Source of the DNA: Opitutales bacterium
GTDB taxonomy: Bacteria > Verrucomicrobiota > Verrucomicrobiia > Opitutales > PNEW01
Length of the DNA stretch: 64,000 bases
Assembly: GCA_965197745.1 (NCBI GenBank)
Contig: CBDANS010000007.1
Coordinates: 224,001 to 288,000 of the forward strand
Direction of reading: 5' to 3'
Each line of letters begins with the position of its first letter. Position 1 is the stretch's first letter. Of the stretch, positions 1-10,254 are shown in pieces. The notes under the pieces are model-generated. The model saw only the letters and a program-made list of their open reading frames with translations. It was not told the DNA's origin and searched no databases. The position numbers were made by a program, and so were the translations under genes.

Positions 1-1
1 A

Positions 2-1387
2 GCCCGTCGCTGGCGGCCCAAGCAATTTGATGAAATTGTTGGACAGGATCACATCGTACGGACACTTAAGAATGCCATTTTAACAACGCGTATTGCTCAC
101 GCCTACCTCTTTGTCGGCCCTCGGGGCACGGGAAAAACGAGCATGGCGCGGTGTCTCGCCAAAGCGTTGAACTGTGAAGATGGACCCTCTGTTCATCCGC
201 GAGAAGATTCTCCTCTCTGCCAGGATATTATGAAAGGGAGTTGCATGGATGTCATCGAAATCGATGGGGCTTCTAATAATTCCGTCGACCAGGTCCGTCA
301 ACTGCGTGAAGATTGTCAATACGCACCGGCCCAATGTAAGTATAAAATATACATTATTGATGAGGTGCATATGCTTTCCACTTCCGCTTTCAATGCTTTG
401 CTTAAGACGCTTGAAGAACCACCACCGCATGTAATATTCATCTTCGCCACTACAGAATCGCATAAAGTAATTCCCACTATTGTTTCTCGCTGTCAGCGAT
501 TCGAGTTCAGGCCTATTCCGGATCCTGTTATAGCCCAGCAACTGGCAACGATCGCGGAAGCAGAGGAAATAACAGTAGAGAACAATGCGCTTGATTCCAT
601 TGCCCGCCTCGCTAATGGGGGCATGCGTGACGCCGAGTCCATTCTCGACCAATTGATTTCATTTTGTGGAAAAACAATAAATGAAAGCGATGTTCTTGAT
701 GTATATGGACTTGCATCACAAGAGCAAATTGAAATGCTGACCCAGGCCATGGCCGCAGCTGATTATGAGGAAATCGTCACGCGCGTGGATGAACTTGCTG
801 GAGAAGGGCGAGATCTCTATCGCGTATTGCTTGATCTGGAGGAGTCAGTGCGTAGGGCATTACTCGACGCTATTCGACAAAAAGGAAAATCCGACAAGCT
901 CGGGTCCATGCTAAGCACGGAGTCGCTTCTGCGCATCCTTGATGCGCTTCACGCTGGCGAAGCTGCGGTGAAAACGGGTCTTTCGGAGAAAGTTAATTTT
1001 GAAATAACCTTGCTGAAGGCAGTCGAAGAAAGTCGCGCACGCGCCATCGACTCACTGATTAAAGAATTTACAGGTCTTGCCTCCAGTCTACCGAAGGAAT
1101 ACCAGGAAAAAAAAAACCAGGTAGAGCGACAACCACAAGAGGTTACTCCCAGGACCTATCCTGACCGGGATGAAACAACCCATCCCGAACCGGGAGAACC
1201 CGTGGGCACGGTGGAAGAAAGTGCAAATCTATCCGACGGGGAGATGCCCCCAGCACCTTCTGAAAGCAATGATGAACTCGAAAAGTGGGTGAGCAAGATT
1301 CCGGCATCGACACGGGAACTTCTTGAAAAAAAATTCCGTGGGCACTTTGTCGCAGTACGATCCGTGGAGATTGAAAAGACGGACTGA
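2..1387 (+). CDS. dnaX: DNA polymerase III subunit gamma/tau (5' truncated by the window edge)
   Basis: Frame is open from base 2: [15 protein letters not shown], Walker [16 protein letters not shown], Walker [24 protein letters not shown] motif, GGMRDA. Confidence 0.97.
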   Translation, partial: ARRWRPKQFDEIVGQDHIVRTLKNAILTTRIAHAYLFVGPRGTGKTSMARCLAKALNCEDGPSVHPREDSPLCQDIMKGSCMDVIEIDGASNNSVDQVRQLREDCQYAPAQCKYKIYIIDEVHMLSTSAFNALLKTLEEPPPHVIFIFATTESHKVIPTIVSRCQRFEFRPIPDPVIAQQLATIAEAEEITVENNALDSIARLANGGMRDAESILDQLISFCGKTINESDVLDVYGLASQEQIEMLTQAMAAADYEEIVTRVDELAGEGRDLYRVLLDLEESVRRALLDAIRQKGKSDKLGSMLSTESLLRILDALHAGEAAVKTGLSEKVNFEITLLKAVEESRARAIDSLIKEFTGLASSLPKEYQEKKNQVERQPQEVTPRTYPDRDETTHPEPGEPVGTVEESANLSDGEMPPAPSESNDELEKWVSKIPASTRELLEKKFRGHFVAVRSVEIEKTD

Positions 1388-1448
1388 TTTTCTTTCAAAT
1401 AATCATATTCAATGAAAATGAGCTTGTTGGAAGACACCTGCTCTGACC

Positions 1449-1478
1449 TTGACTCACAATTTGCAAAATACCTATAAC
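1449..1478 (+). promoter_or_regulatory. Putative sigma-70 promoter
   Basis: TTGACT (1449-1454), 18-nt spacer, TATAAC (1473-1478), upstream of ATG 1501. Confidence 0.4.
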
Positions 1479-1500
1479 ATAAGCTTTTTCAGATCATCCC

Positions 1501-2838
1501 ATGGGTTTTCACAAAGGAATTATTAAAAAAGGTTTTCTCCTGCCGGAGTGTGAAAAACATTTTCACGACTACGACGAGACGTGGCTGATTCTAAAAGGCA
1601 GTGGCAACGGTTATTGGTTGGATCACAATGGGCAAAGGGAGGATTTTGAATTAGAAGCGGGTGACGTTTGGATGATTCCAGCCGGTTACGAACATGGAAG
1701 TGAAGGGCCCAACTCTGATGATTTTGAAATAAGTGCTTTTATTGGGACCCAGGCACCCGGCAGTCACCCACCAAAACATTACTACGTCGAAGAAGAGGGA
1801 TACATCCCATCCTTTCAGCTTTTAAAACATCCCACCCGTCGATATGCTGTCAGCAGTTCCATTCCGAAAACGATGAAAGGGCTGACTATTGTTGAAAAAG
1901 GTAAAGCCGTTTTAGAGGAGGAGCCGACTCCAGAGTGTGAAGCGGGGCAACTTTTATGTAAGACACTCTATTCAGGTTTAACCAATGGGACAGAACGCAA
2001 TGTATTAGTCGGCGGTAACTACGGAAAATCGTGGCCTAATCGTAGTGGCTACCAGGTTGTCGGACGCGTTCTCGAAGTGGGATTTGGCGTGGAAGGGTTT
2101 GAAGTAGGGGACACGGTTTATTCAGGTGAGCATTGCGGGCATGTGGAATACTTCAAAGTTCCGGAGGTCACAGGGGGAAATATTATGAGGAAGCTGATAA
2201 TCAAACTCCCTGCCACCATAGAAAAAAAAGAGGCCGCGCTATTTGGCATGGCCAGTGTTGCCCTGCATGACGTTCGCCGCGCGGGAACAAAACTGGGTGA
2301 CAAAGTGCTGGTCGTTGGGGCGGGTCCTGTCGGTCAGTTCACGGCTCAAGCAGCCCAGGCTGCTGGCGCGATCGTAAGTATTTGTGATATTGACGAGAAG
2401 CGCCTGGAGAAGGCGCAAGAATTAGGGATTGCCAGCAGATTTAAAAGTGAAACTGATGAAGATTGGGTGAAGATTAAAGATCATGGCCCTTATGAAATAA
2501 TATTTGAAGACAGCGGAGCGGCACTGCTCGATCGAATCATAGGTATTGACAGGCAGCGAGGTGTTTTAAAAAAACAAGGTAAAGTGATCATTGTTGCGGG
2601 GAGGACTGATGTTGGGTACGATTTTAATGCAGGACAATTCAGTGAGATTGAAATTAATCACGCCAGTCATTTTGAATTCGATGACCTGGTACAAGTAGTA
2701 AGATTAGTTGAAGCGGGGGTGATTAAAGTTGGCCCTGTAATTCAGGAAGTCGTCCCCATTCATAAAGCAGTTCAGATCTATGATCGTCTGCGTGATGCTC
2801 CGGGCAGTTTGCTTGGCACCGTTTTTTCATGGGAATAA
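1501..2838 (+). CDS. Cupin domain fused to a medium-chain (MDR-family) dehydrogenase
   Basis: N-terminal cupin motifs HFHDYDETW and IPAGYEH. C-terminal MDR fold with GYQVVGRVLEVG...FEVGD and Rossmann motif VVGAGPVG. Confidence 0.8.
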   Translation: MGFHKGIIKKGFLLPECEKHFHDYDETWLILKGSGNGYWLDHNGQREDFELEAGDVWMIPAGYEHGSEGPNSDDFEISAFIGTQAPGSHPPKHYYVEEEGYIPSFQLLKHPTRRYAVSSSIPKTMKGLTIVEKGKAVLEEEPTPECEAGQLLCKTLYSGLTNGTERNVLVGGNYGKSWPNRSGYQVVGRVLEVGFGVEGFEVGDTVYSGEHCGHVEYFKVPEVTGGNIMRKLIIKLPATIEKKEAALFGMASVALHDVRRAGTKLGDKVLVVGAGPVGQFTAQAAQAAGAIVSICDIDEKRLEKAQELGIASRFKSETDEDWVKIKDHGPYEIIFEDSGAALLDRIIGIDRQRGVLKKQGKVIIVAGRTDVGYDFNAGQFSEIEINHASHFEFDDLVQVVRLVEAGVIKVGPVIQEVVPIHKAVQIYDRLRDAPGSLLGTVFSWE

Positions 2839-2875
2839 AGATTTTAAAAATAATTGGGCTTATACCTGTATCGAG

Positions 2876-4105
2876 ATGGTTAAGATAATCTGTCTAATTG
2901 GCGCCTTTGACACGAAGGGGGTAGATTATAAATTTCTGCGAGAGAATATTTTGAGTAAAGGGCACGGTGTGTTTACGGTTAATACCGGTGTTCTCGGTTC
3001 AACTGAATTGTTTCCGGTCGATGTGGAGACCGATATGATTGTCAAAGCGGCAGGTGGTAATCTTGAAAAACTGCGCGAAAAAAGAGATCGAGGTGAGGCG
3101 ATGAAAGTCGTATCGGCGGGAGCGGAAGAACTGATTAAATCACTTTACGTGGAGGGGAAATTTAATGGCATAATCGGAATGGGTGGTTCAGGTGGGACCT
3201 CGGTGATCACCTCTGCCATGCGCGCATTGCCACTGGGGGTGCCCAAGGTATGTGTGTCCACGATTGCTTCGGGGGATGTGTCTGCTGAAGTGGGAACAAA
3301 AGACATCACCATGATCCCCTCGATCGTTGATGTTGCCGGTGTGAACAGGGTTTCGAGGATAGTCTATTCTCGGGCCGCAGGTGCCATCTGTGGAATGGTC
3401 GTTGAAGAAGTCATTCCTTCCGAAGTGGAGAAGCCTATTATTACCGCTTCCATGTTTGGCAACACTACCGACTGTGTGAACGCCTGTGTTAAATTGCTTT
3501 CAGATCAAGGATATGAAGTGCTCGTCTTTCACGCTACGGGAACCGGGGGCAAAACAATGGAGAGCCTGATTGATGAAGGTCTGGTCGATGCAGTACTCGA
3601 TATTACAACAACAGAGTGGGCGGATACTGTTTGTCATGGCGTCTTTGATGCGGGTCCAGAGCGCCTGGACGCACCGGGAAAAATGGGGATACCCCATTTA
3701 ATTGTTCCGGGCTGCGTTGACATGGCAAATTTTGGCGGCTCCCATACGATCCCTTCACAATATAAAGAGTCAGGGCGGCTCTTTTATGAATGGAATCCAT
3801 CGGTAACGTTGATGCGTACGAATGTAGAGGAAAATGAAAAGATGGGTAGGATTTTTGCGGAAAAAGCGAATGCGGCGTCGGGGCCAGTAGCTTTTCTCAT
3901 TCCCCTGAATGGAGTGTCCATCCTTGATGGTGACGGTGAACGTTTTTGCGATCGAGAAGCAGACAAAGCAATGTTTGACGCGATCAAAGCTAATCTTCGA
4001 CGCGATATCCTCTTAGTTGAGGTGGAACACAATATAAATGATCCGGAGTTTTCGACGAGAGCGGTCGAAATGATGCTTGACTTAATCAAACAAACAAAAA
4101 AATAA
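2876..4105 (+). CDS. Tm-1-like ATP-binding domain protein (UPF0261 family)
   Basis: [54 protein letters not shown]. Start placed at ATG 2876 rather than 2780, which overlaps the upstream gene. Confidence 0.88.
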   Translation: MVKIICLIGAFDTKGVDYKFLRENILSKGHGVFTVNTGVLGSTELFPVDVETDMIVKAAGGNLEKLREKRDRGEAMKVVSAGAEELIKSLYVEGKFNGIIGMGGSGGTSVITSAMRALPLGVPKVCVSTIASGDVSAEVGTKDITMIPSIVDVAGVNRVSRIVYSRAAGAICGMVVEEVIPSEVEKPIITASMFGNTTDCVNACVKLLSDQGYEVLVFHATGTGGKTMESLIDEGLVDAVLDITTTEWADTVCHGVFDAGPERLDAPGKMGIPHLIVPGCVDMANFGGSHTIPSQYKESGRLFYEWNPSVTLMRTNVEENEKMGRIFAEKANAASGPVAFLIPLNGVSILDGDGERFCDREADKAMFDAIKANLRRDILLVEVEHNINDPEFSTRAVEMMLDLIKQTKK

Positions 4106-4107
4106 AC

Positions 4108-4941
4108 ATGGCTTTCACACGAAAAGAAATTATTGAACGATTGAGAAAAAATACTGATGCAGGCCAACCAATCATAGGAGCCGGAGCCGGGACCGGTATA
4201 AGTGCAAAATTTGAAGAGGCTGGCGGGGTCGACCTGATCGTGATTTATAACAGCGGGCGTTTTCGCATGGCGGGTAGAGGATCGCTTGCAGGTTCCATGC
4301 CCTATGGAGATGCCAATGCTATCGTTATGGAAATGGCTGGTGAAGTGTTAACCGTGGTCAACGATACTCCTGTTCTCGCAGGAGTTTGTGGAACGGATCC
4401 TTTCCGGCAAATGAATATATTTTTAAAAGAGGTAAAAGAGATTGGATTTTCCGGTGTGCAGAATTTTCCTACGGTTGGGTTATGCGATGGTCTCTACCGT
4501 AAGAATCTGGAAGAAACCGGTATGAGTTATCAACTCGAAGTAGAGATGATAGGCAAAGCCCGTGAAATGGATCTTTTTACTTCACCCTATGCCTTTAATC
4601 CTGAGGAAGCTGAAGCAATGACCCAATCAGGAGCCGATGTCATCGTCGCGCATATGGGACTAACGACGAAAGGTGCCATTGGCGCTTCCACTGCTTTGAC
4701 CTTGGAAGAAGCGCCGGCAAAAGTTCAGGAAATATGTGATGCCGCTAAAGGCATCAATTCGGAGGTCATCGTATTATGCCACGGAGGCCCCATTTCGATG
4801 CCTGAAGATGCTGAATTTGTTCTTCAAAGAACAAAGCGTGTAGATGGATTTTACGGGGCATCGAGCATGGAACGTCTCCCTGTCGAAACTGCGATCACCG
4901 ATCAAATAGCGCAGTTTAAGGCGATAAGATTTAAAAAATAA
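4108..4941 (+). CDS. Phosphoenolpyruvate hydrolase family / TIM-barrel signal transduction protein
   Basis: [53 protein letters not shown]; starts 2 nt after the Tm-1-like gene. Confidence 0.9.
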   Translation: MAFTRKEIIERLRKNTDAGQPIIGAGAGTGISAKFEEAGGVDLIVIYNSGRFRMAGRGSLAGSMPYGDANAIVMEMAGEVLTVVNDTPVLAGVCGTDPFRQMNIFLKEVKEIGFSGVQNFPTVGLCDGLYRKNLEETGMSYQLEVEMIGKAREMDLFTSPYAFNPEEAEAMTQSGADVIVAHMGLTTKGAIGASTALTLEEAPAKVQEICDAAKGINSEVIVLCHGGPISMPEDAEFVLQRTKRVDGFYGASSMERLPVETAITDQIAQFKAIRFKK

Positions 4942-5026
4942 ATCATCACGGGGGATTGGTAGGGAACCCTGTATTTAATTTGCTTGACCCCCTGTAAGGA
5001 CATAAGAGTCTAATTTAGAATCATAG

Positions 5027-5449
5027 ATGAGTGAGAAAAACAGGGAGTTTAACAAAGTCGTCGACTTGATTGTTAAGGATGACTTACGGTTTGATAAAGG
5101 CGCCTATTATTTTATGCGTGAAGCGCTCGACTACACTTTAAACGGTCTTAAAAGAAAAAAGAAAGTGCAAAAGACCAACCACGTATCGGGGCAACAATTA
5201 CTGGAAGGCATCCGTGATTTTGCCTTGGATCAATACGGGCCCATGACCATGACATTATTTGAGCAATGGGGTGTAGGTAAATGTTCAGATTTTGGTGATA
5301 TAGTTTTCAATCTGGTTGAATACGGAGTATTTGGTAAAACCGAGAACGATCAGAAAAAGGATTTTAGCGAGGGTTATGATTTTCAAGAGGTATTTGTCCA
5401 CCCCTTTCTTCCCCTGAGGCCAGATGGGACGGATAACAACGGGGACTAA
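5027..5449 (+). CDS. Planctomycetes/Verrucomicrobia conserved hypothetical protein (Minf_1886-like)
   Basis: AYYFMREALDYT, HVSGQQLLEGIR, QYGPM, WGV, DFGDIVFNLVE, DF motifs. Confidence 0.8.
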   Translation: MSEKNREFNKVVDLIVKDDLRFDKGAYYFMREALDYTLNGLKRKKKVQKTNHVSGQQLLEGIRDFALDQYGPMTMTLFEQWGVGKCSDFGDIVFNLVEYGVFGKTENDQKKDFSEGYDFQEVFVHPFLPLRPDGTDNNGD

Positions 5450-5519
5450 AACCGATATTGATTTAAATTCAGTTTTATTGATTTTCTGTTCAGGTTATGG
5501 TGACAATTAAGGGATATTC

Positions 5520-8090
5520 ATGGATGTGGATCGCAATATGAATAATCCTGCCGCAATGGAGCATATTCTGGAGACTCTGTTCTGTGAGAAAGAAGAGCGA
5601 TTTACGCTTTCAAATGGTTTGACGGTTTTACTCAAAGAAGAGCATGCCCATAAAATCGCGTCAGTCCAGGTGTGGGTAAAGACCGGCAGCATTCACGAGG
5701 GAGAAATGCTTGGCGCAGGTCTGTCCCATTTCCTCGAGCATATGCTTTTTAAAGGTACCGATCGTCGATCTGGAGAAGAAATTACACGATCGGTTCAGGC
5801 TGCAGGTGCTTATATTAATGCTTACACCACATTCGATCGAACGGTTTATTACATCGAAACACCAAGTGAAGAGATCGCACTCGCCGTCGATATCCTGGCC
5901 GATGCTGCTCTCAACTCCGCTTTACCTGGCGAGGAAGTCGTAAAAGAACGCGATGTTATTCTACGTGAAATAGACATGGGGCAAGACGATCCGGATAGAC
6001 AATTAACGCGCACCCTTTTTAGTAATGCTTTCCATGAACATCCCTATCGGTATCCGGTCATTGGCTACCGTGAAATATTTGAAACCGTTACCCGCGAGGA
6101 TCTTTTAAGCTATTACCAGGCACGCTATGTTCCCAACAACATGGTCCTGGTGGTCGTCGGTGACTTTTGTTCGCTCGAGCTGAAGGAAAATATCAAGCAA
6201 AGTTTTAGTCCCTTTTCCCGTAAGCGTCTATCGCTCCCCTATGTGCCGGAGGAACCATTGCAGCTTGGCCTGCGTGAAGAGCATCTGGGGGGAGAAGTCA
6301 ATATCTGCCGGGGCAGTCTGGCTTTTCGAATTCCGGGATTAAGGCACAAGGATACCCCCGGTTGTGATATCCTGGCATCAATTTTGGGAAACGGGTATAG
6401 CTCTATCCTATGGCAACGTTTACGCGATAATAGAAAGATTGTCCATTACGTCGATGCCTCATGTTGGAGTCCGGGTAATGCAGGTTTATTTTGGATCAGC
6501 TATTTATGCGACCCCGGGAAGCAGGAGAGCGCCCAGGAATCTATCCTCGAGGAGTTGGCCGTTATGGGTAAAGAAGGAGTGAAATCGGAACAGGTAGAAA
6601 AAGCCGTGAGACAGGTCCTGGTCAGTGAAGTGAGCTTGAGGAAAACCGTAAGTGGTCAGGCTTCTCGATTAGGTATGGCCGAGGTTGTGGTCGGAGATTT
6701 GGACTACCAACGCACGTATCTCGAAGGGATCCAGAAGGTCAAACCTGATACCGTGAGAAATTTATCTAATAATTATCTCAATAGCGATCGATTGACAGCG
6801 GTTTCTTTAAACACGATCGAATCAAAGAAATCGGTAGCATCCACGCAAAGCAGACATAGCGATTTAGCCGAGATTCAAACCCATATTCTGAATAACGGAG
6901 TGAGGATAGTTTATCAAGTCGATCAACGACTTCCGAAGACGCATATGAAGGTAGTCAGTTTAGGAGGATCATTATATGAAAAGAATACGCAACGTGGAAT
7001 TACCGGGCTATTATCCACACTATTGACCCGCGATACTGAACGTCGAAATGCGACTGAAGTTGCAGATACAATCGAAAAGATAGGGGGCGATTTCAGCGAG
7101 TTCTGTGGCAATAATACCTTAGGACTCTCCATGGAGGTAATGTCTCAGGACTATAAACTGGCATTGGAGTTACTGGGAGATGCACTCCTTACACCCGTGT
7201 TTGAAGAAAACACATTTACCACTGAATGCACTGCGCAAGTAGCTCAAATTAAAGAGGAAAATGATGACATTGTTCTTTATGGGCGCAAAAAACTAAGAGA
7301 AATATTTTTCGGTGATCATCCTTTCAAGATAGAATCGATTGGTAGCGAAGAGACATTGCAAAGCCTGAAGGTCGGCGATATAAAAGATCATTATAAACAA
7401 CTAATCAGTGGAAAAAATGTAGTCGCCGCTATCTTTGGCGATTTTGATCCCGATACTGTCATCCCCGAAATCAATGCCGTCTTAGGTAATTTACCCGATG
7501 GAGTTTTCGGTGTAAAAAAAGGGTCATTTAATGGACCATTAAAAACCGGTTCATTTGAATGCCAACTTCCCCGTGAACAGGCGGTGGTCTTTCAAGCGTA
7601 TCCCGATGTGGGTATCTACTCTAATGAATTTTACATCAGTGAAATAATCGATGAGCTTTTCAGTAATATGTCAGGCCGCCTTTTCGAACGCGTGCGCGAG
7701 GAAAAGAGTCTGGCATATTTTGTCGGAGCCCAGCGTATTGCGGGGCTGGAAAACGGGATGTTTTATCTCTATGCCGGAACTCATCCGTCTACCTACGAGG
7801 AAGTGATAGAAGAATTTAATCTTGAGGTAACTCGGGTCCAGAGCGGAGAGGTGAGCGAGGACGAACTGCGACGTTGTCAGAGGCGGTTGAAGGCTCAGAA
7901 ACGCATGAGCTTGCAGACCATTGGCGCCCGTGCCACCCAGGCGGCGTTAAATTTTACTTATGGGAAACAAGCCGACGAGTGGAAGCAGTATGATAACCAT
8001 ATTGAAGCGGTTACAGGCGATGATCTGAAACGTTTTACGAACCAATATTTTGTCAAAGAGAGAATGGTAAACCTCGTGGTAAAACCGTGA
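5520..8090 (+). CDS. M16 (pitrilysin/insulinase family) zinc peptidase
   Basis: Inverted zinc motif HFLEH in GLSHFLEHMLFKGT, NAYTTFDRT, duplicated inactive C-terminal half, RVREEKSLAY. Confidence 0.93.
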   Translation: MDVDRNMNNPAAMEHILETLFCEKEERFTLSNGLTVLLKEEHAHKIASVQVWVKTGSIHEGEMLGAGLSHFLEHMLFKGTDRRSGEEITRSVQAAGAYINAYTTFDRTVYYIETPSEEIALAVDILADAALNSALPGEEVVKERDVILREIDMGQDDPDRQLTRTLFSNAFHEHPYRYPVIGYREIFETVTREDLLSYYQARYVPNNMVLVVVGDFCSLELKENIKQSFSPFSRKRLSLPYVPEEPLQLGLREEHLGGEVNICRGSLAFRIPGLRHKDTPGCDILASILGNGYSSILWQRLRDNRKIVHYVDASCWSPGNAGLFWISYLCDPGKQESAQESILEELAVMGKEGVKSEQVEKAVRQVLVSEVSLRKTVSGQASRLGMAEVVVGDLDYQRTYLEGIQKVKPDTVRNLSNNYLNSDRLTAVSLNTIESKKSVASTQSRHSDLAEIQTHILNNGVRIVYQVDQRLPKTHMKVVSLGGSLYEKNTQRGITGLLSTLLTRDTERRNATEVADTIEKIGGDFSEFCGNNTLGLSMEVMSQDYKLALELLGDALLTPVFEENTFTTECTAQVAQIKEENDDIVLYGRKKLREIFFGDHPFKIESIGSEETLQSLKVGDIKDHYKQLISGKNVVAAIFGDFDPDTVIPEINAVLGNLPDGVFGVKKGSFNGPLKTGSFECQLPREQAVVFQAYPDVGIYSNEFYISEIIDELFSNMSGRLFERVREEKSLAYFVGAQRIAGLENGMFYLYAGTHPSTYEEVIEEFNLEVTRVQSGEVSEDELRRCQRRLKAQKRMSLQTIGARATQAALNFTYGKQADEWKQYDNHIEAVTGDDLKRFTNQYFVKERMVNLVVKP

Positions 8091-8124
8091 GGAACAGGAT
8101 ACCACGGTAAAAGGGTAGTGGTCT

Positions 8125-9120
8125 TTAATTTTGGATACCGACAAAAGCCCCACCGTGCTGGTAGGTTAATTCACGCATGAGATTGGCAAATTTCAATCCC
8201 GTTTTTGTATAGTGACGCTCGAATTTAACAATATGAGGGAAACCAATTGCGTTAATTGTAATCAATCTATTTCCCTCTTCGTCTGCCGGGTTTAGTTTGT
8301 CAATTCGGGTCAGCACTCTTTCTGCCGTATCGGTAAACTCGTCACCAAAAACAAAAATACCTATTTTTTTTTCGGGGTCATTGGGGTCGAGGAAGACTTT
8401 TATAGCCTTGGTGATACCGGGAACCGGGTTGCTCTGACTGTGGAAACCGTAAAAAGAAAGGGCGCGTCCAATAGCCGACCGCACGGTGGGACTGTCTGGT
8501 ATCCATTGTCCGGCAGACGGTCTCAGAACATAGTTGCCATCAGCATCCATAACTTGAATGGAGTTGACGATTGGGTAAATCTCAAGAGTTTCCTGGATTT
8601 TGCTGATTACGATATTCCAAATTCGACCGGATCGCGGATCACGCATGCTGCCTGATGTATCGAGAATGAAAATGAGATGGTTGCTTTCGACGGGGACCCC
8701 AATAGGGAGATCACTCTCTATATGTTCTAATTCGACGATAGCTTGTTGGGCGTCAACAAATTCCTTTACCTGATCTAATTCTACGAGCAGGTTTTCTTTA
8801 CCGTAAATAGCTTCCTTGATTTTCCTTTCGAGAATTTCAATTTCAACTTTCATCGAGGCCACGGTATCTTTCTCAAGTTCCATAGCGTCTTTTTTCGTTT
8901 TTAAATCTTGAGTTAAATGAATTGTTTTACCCTTGATAGCGTCAAGTTCGGTCATTCTTTCCTGATAAAGCTTGAAGAGCGTATCGCGAATATCCTTGAT
9001 CACCAGGCGCTCCGAACCAAGTGAGATCACGAATAAAAGGATTATCGCCCCAAACCCGCAACTTATACAGTCGAGAAAGGAAAGGCTGAACACAGCAATA
9101 TCGCGTCTTGGTTTTATCAT
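8125..9120 (-). CDS. Single-pass membrane protein with coiled coil and vWA domain
   Basis: N-terminal TM FSLSFLDCISCGFGAIILLFVI, heptad-rich segment, MIDAS DTSGS, IFVFGDEF, INAIGF. Confidence 0.8.
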   Translation of the reverse strand: MIKPRRDIAVFSLSFLDCISCGFGAIILLFVISLGSERLVIKDIRDTLFKLYQERMTELDAIKGKTIHLTQDLKTKKDAMELEKDTVASMKVEIEILERKIKEAIYGKENLLVELDQVKEFVDAQQAIVELEHIESDLPIGVPVESNHLIFILDTSGSMRDPRSGRIWNIVISKIQETLEIYPIVNSIQVMDADGNYVLRPSAGQWIPDSPTVRSAIGRALSFYGFHSQSNPVPGITKAIKVFLDPNDPEKKIGIFVFGDEFTDTAERVLTRIDKLNPADEEGNRLITINAIGFPHIVKFERHYTKTGLKFANLMRELTYQHGGAFVGIQN

Positions 9121-10181
9121 GTATCGGGCCAGGATCGTGCAGGTGAAATAAAAGATCCCTTAGTTTTATTGGCGAGGAGCCAGAATCGCGCCGGAGCGTC
9201 CGGATCGCGGTACCCGGAAGCCAAAAGAATAGTATTAATAGGCACACCGCTGAGGATTTGCTGCTCGGCTGCCCGATACATGTTTAGTCGCTTGATAGGA
9301 TCATTGCCATCGCCACTGATACTATCACTCAGTGTGGGCAGACCATCGGCGATGAGGATAACATTGTCAGGAAGCGGAAATAATTGTCTGGAATTCCAGA
9401 ACGCCCGTTCCAGATTAGCTCCTCCCTGGGGCACGATTTCATTCAATTTGATCAAGACCTCGCTTATCGTCTCTCGATCATCCAGATTCAGCCATTCATT
9501 GCGCTTGTTTTCCAGTAAGGGGAAAGTTTCCCGGTTAAAATAATATATTTGAATTTGTGTGGGTGGCAGCATCGAACCTAATAGCCATTCTACGGATCGG
9601 ACCACGCGGCGCCATTTTGGGGCCTGCCTTTTTTCTTCATCGGTATCTTCAAGCCTTTCAATAATCGCATCGGTGTCATCGTCAAGCATCCCCCCCGATG
9701 CTTCAACAAGGATAAGAACGCGTTCGCCATCCATTTTAAAATCAGTTAGATATTGTCGCCGAACGTAATTGGGAATCGGGATGGGGACCTCATCATCCGT
9801 CATGGGTATTTCTTCAAGTTCGCCGAGGAGTGTCTCTTTTGAATCTTCAAGTTCTGCAAGCAAGGAGAGGAGTAACTGCAGGTCCGTTTTTTTATCCTCG
9901 AGGATTTCATCAAGCGTTACCTTTTCTGAGGTCAGCTTGGTCAGCTTGGCTTGATGTTCTTGAAGGAGGCTGGCGAGAAGTCGCATGCGGGCGTCTTCAT
10001 CCAGAATGGACTTCTGCAGCATACCGAGGTCAATTTTTACATCAGAGAGCTGTTCGTTGAGAGCCTCAGATTTCTTCCCACTTGTCAGGACAAACAGCAA
10101 AATAACCGCACCAAATCCACAGCATATGCAATCGAGAAAGCTGATGCTAAACGGTTGAAACTGTTTTTTCCTTTTTAGCAT
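9117..10181 (-). CDS. Paralogous single-pass membrane protein with coiled coil and vWA domain (variant MIDAS)
   Basis: TM FSISFLDCICCGFGAVILLFVL, coiled coil, ILVEASGGM, GGANLERAF, ILIADGLPT, PINTIL; 4-nt ATGA overlap with the next gene. Confidence 0.8.
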   Translation of the reverse strand: MLKRKKQFQPFSISFLDCICCGFGAVILLFVLTSGKKSEALNEQLSDVKIDLGMLQKSILDEDARMRLLASLLQEHQAKLTKLTSEKVTLDEILEDKKTDLQLLLSLLAELEDSKETLLGELEEIPMTDDEVPIPIPNYVRRQYLTDFKMDGERVLILVEASGGMLDDDTDAIIERLEDTDEEKRQAPKWRRVVRSVEWLLGSMLPPTQIQIYYFNRETFPLLENKRNEWLNLDDRETISEVLIKLNEIVPQGGANLERAFWNSRQLFPLPDNVILIADGLPTLSDSISGDGNDPIKRLNMYRAAEQQILSGVPINTILLASGYRDPDAPARFWLLANKTKGSFISPARSWPDT

Positions 10182-10254
10182 GACTGCTTCGGTATATTTA
10201 TGGCATCGGGGTGAGTGCTGTTAATGAAAAATAATCATTACCACAACTAAACCA

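Noticed and set aside
80..652. 190-aa minus-strand ORF
   Set aside because: Antisense shadow of dnaX with no recognisable motifs
10222..10240. TAATGA-N7-TCATTA inverted repeat inside the motor operon
   Set aside because: Only 6-bp AT-rich arms, expected by chance
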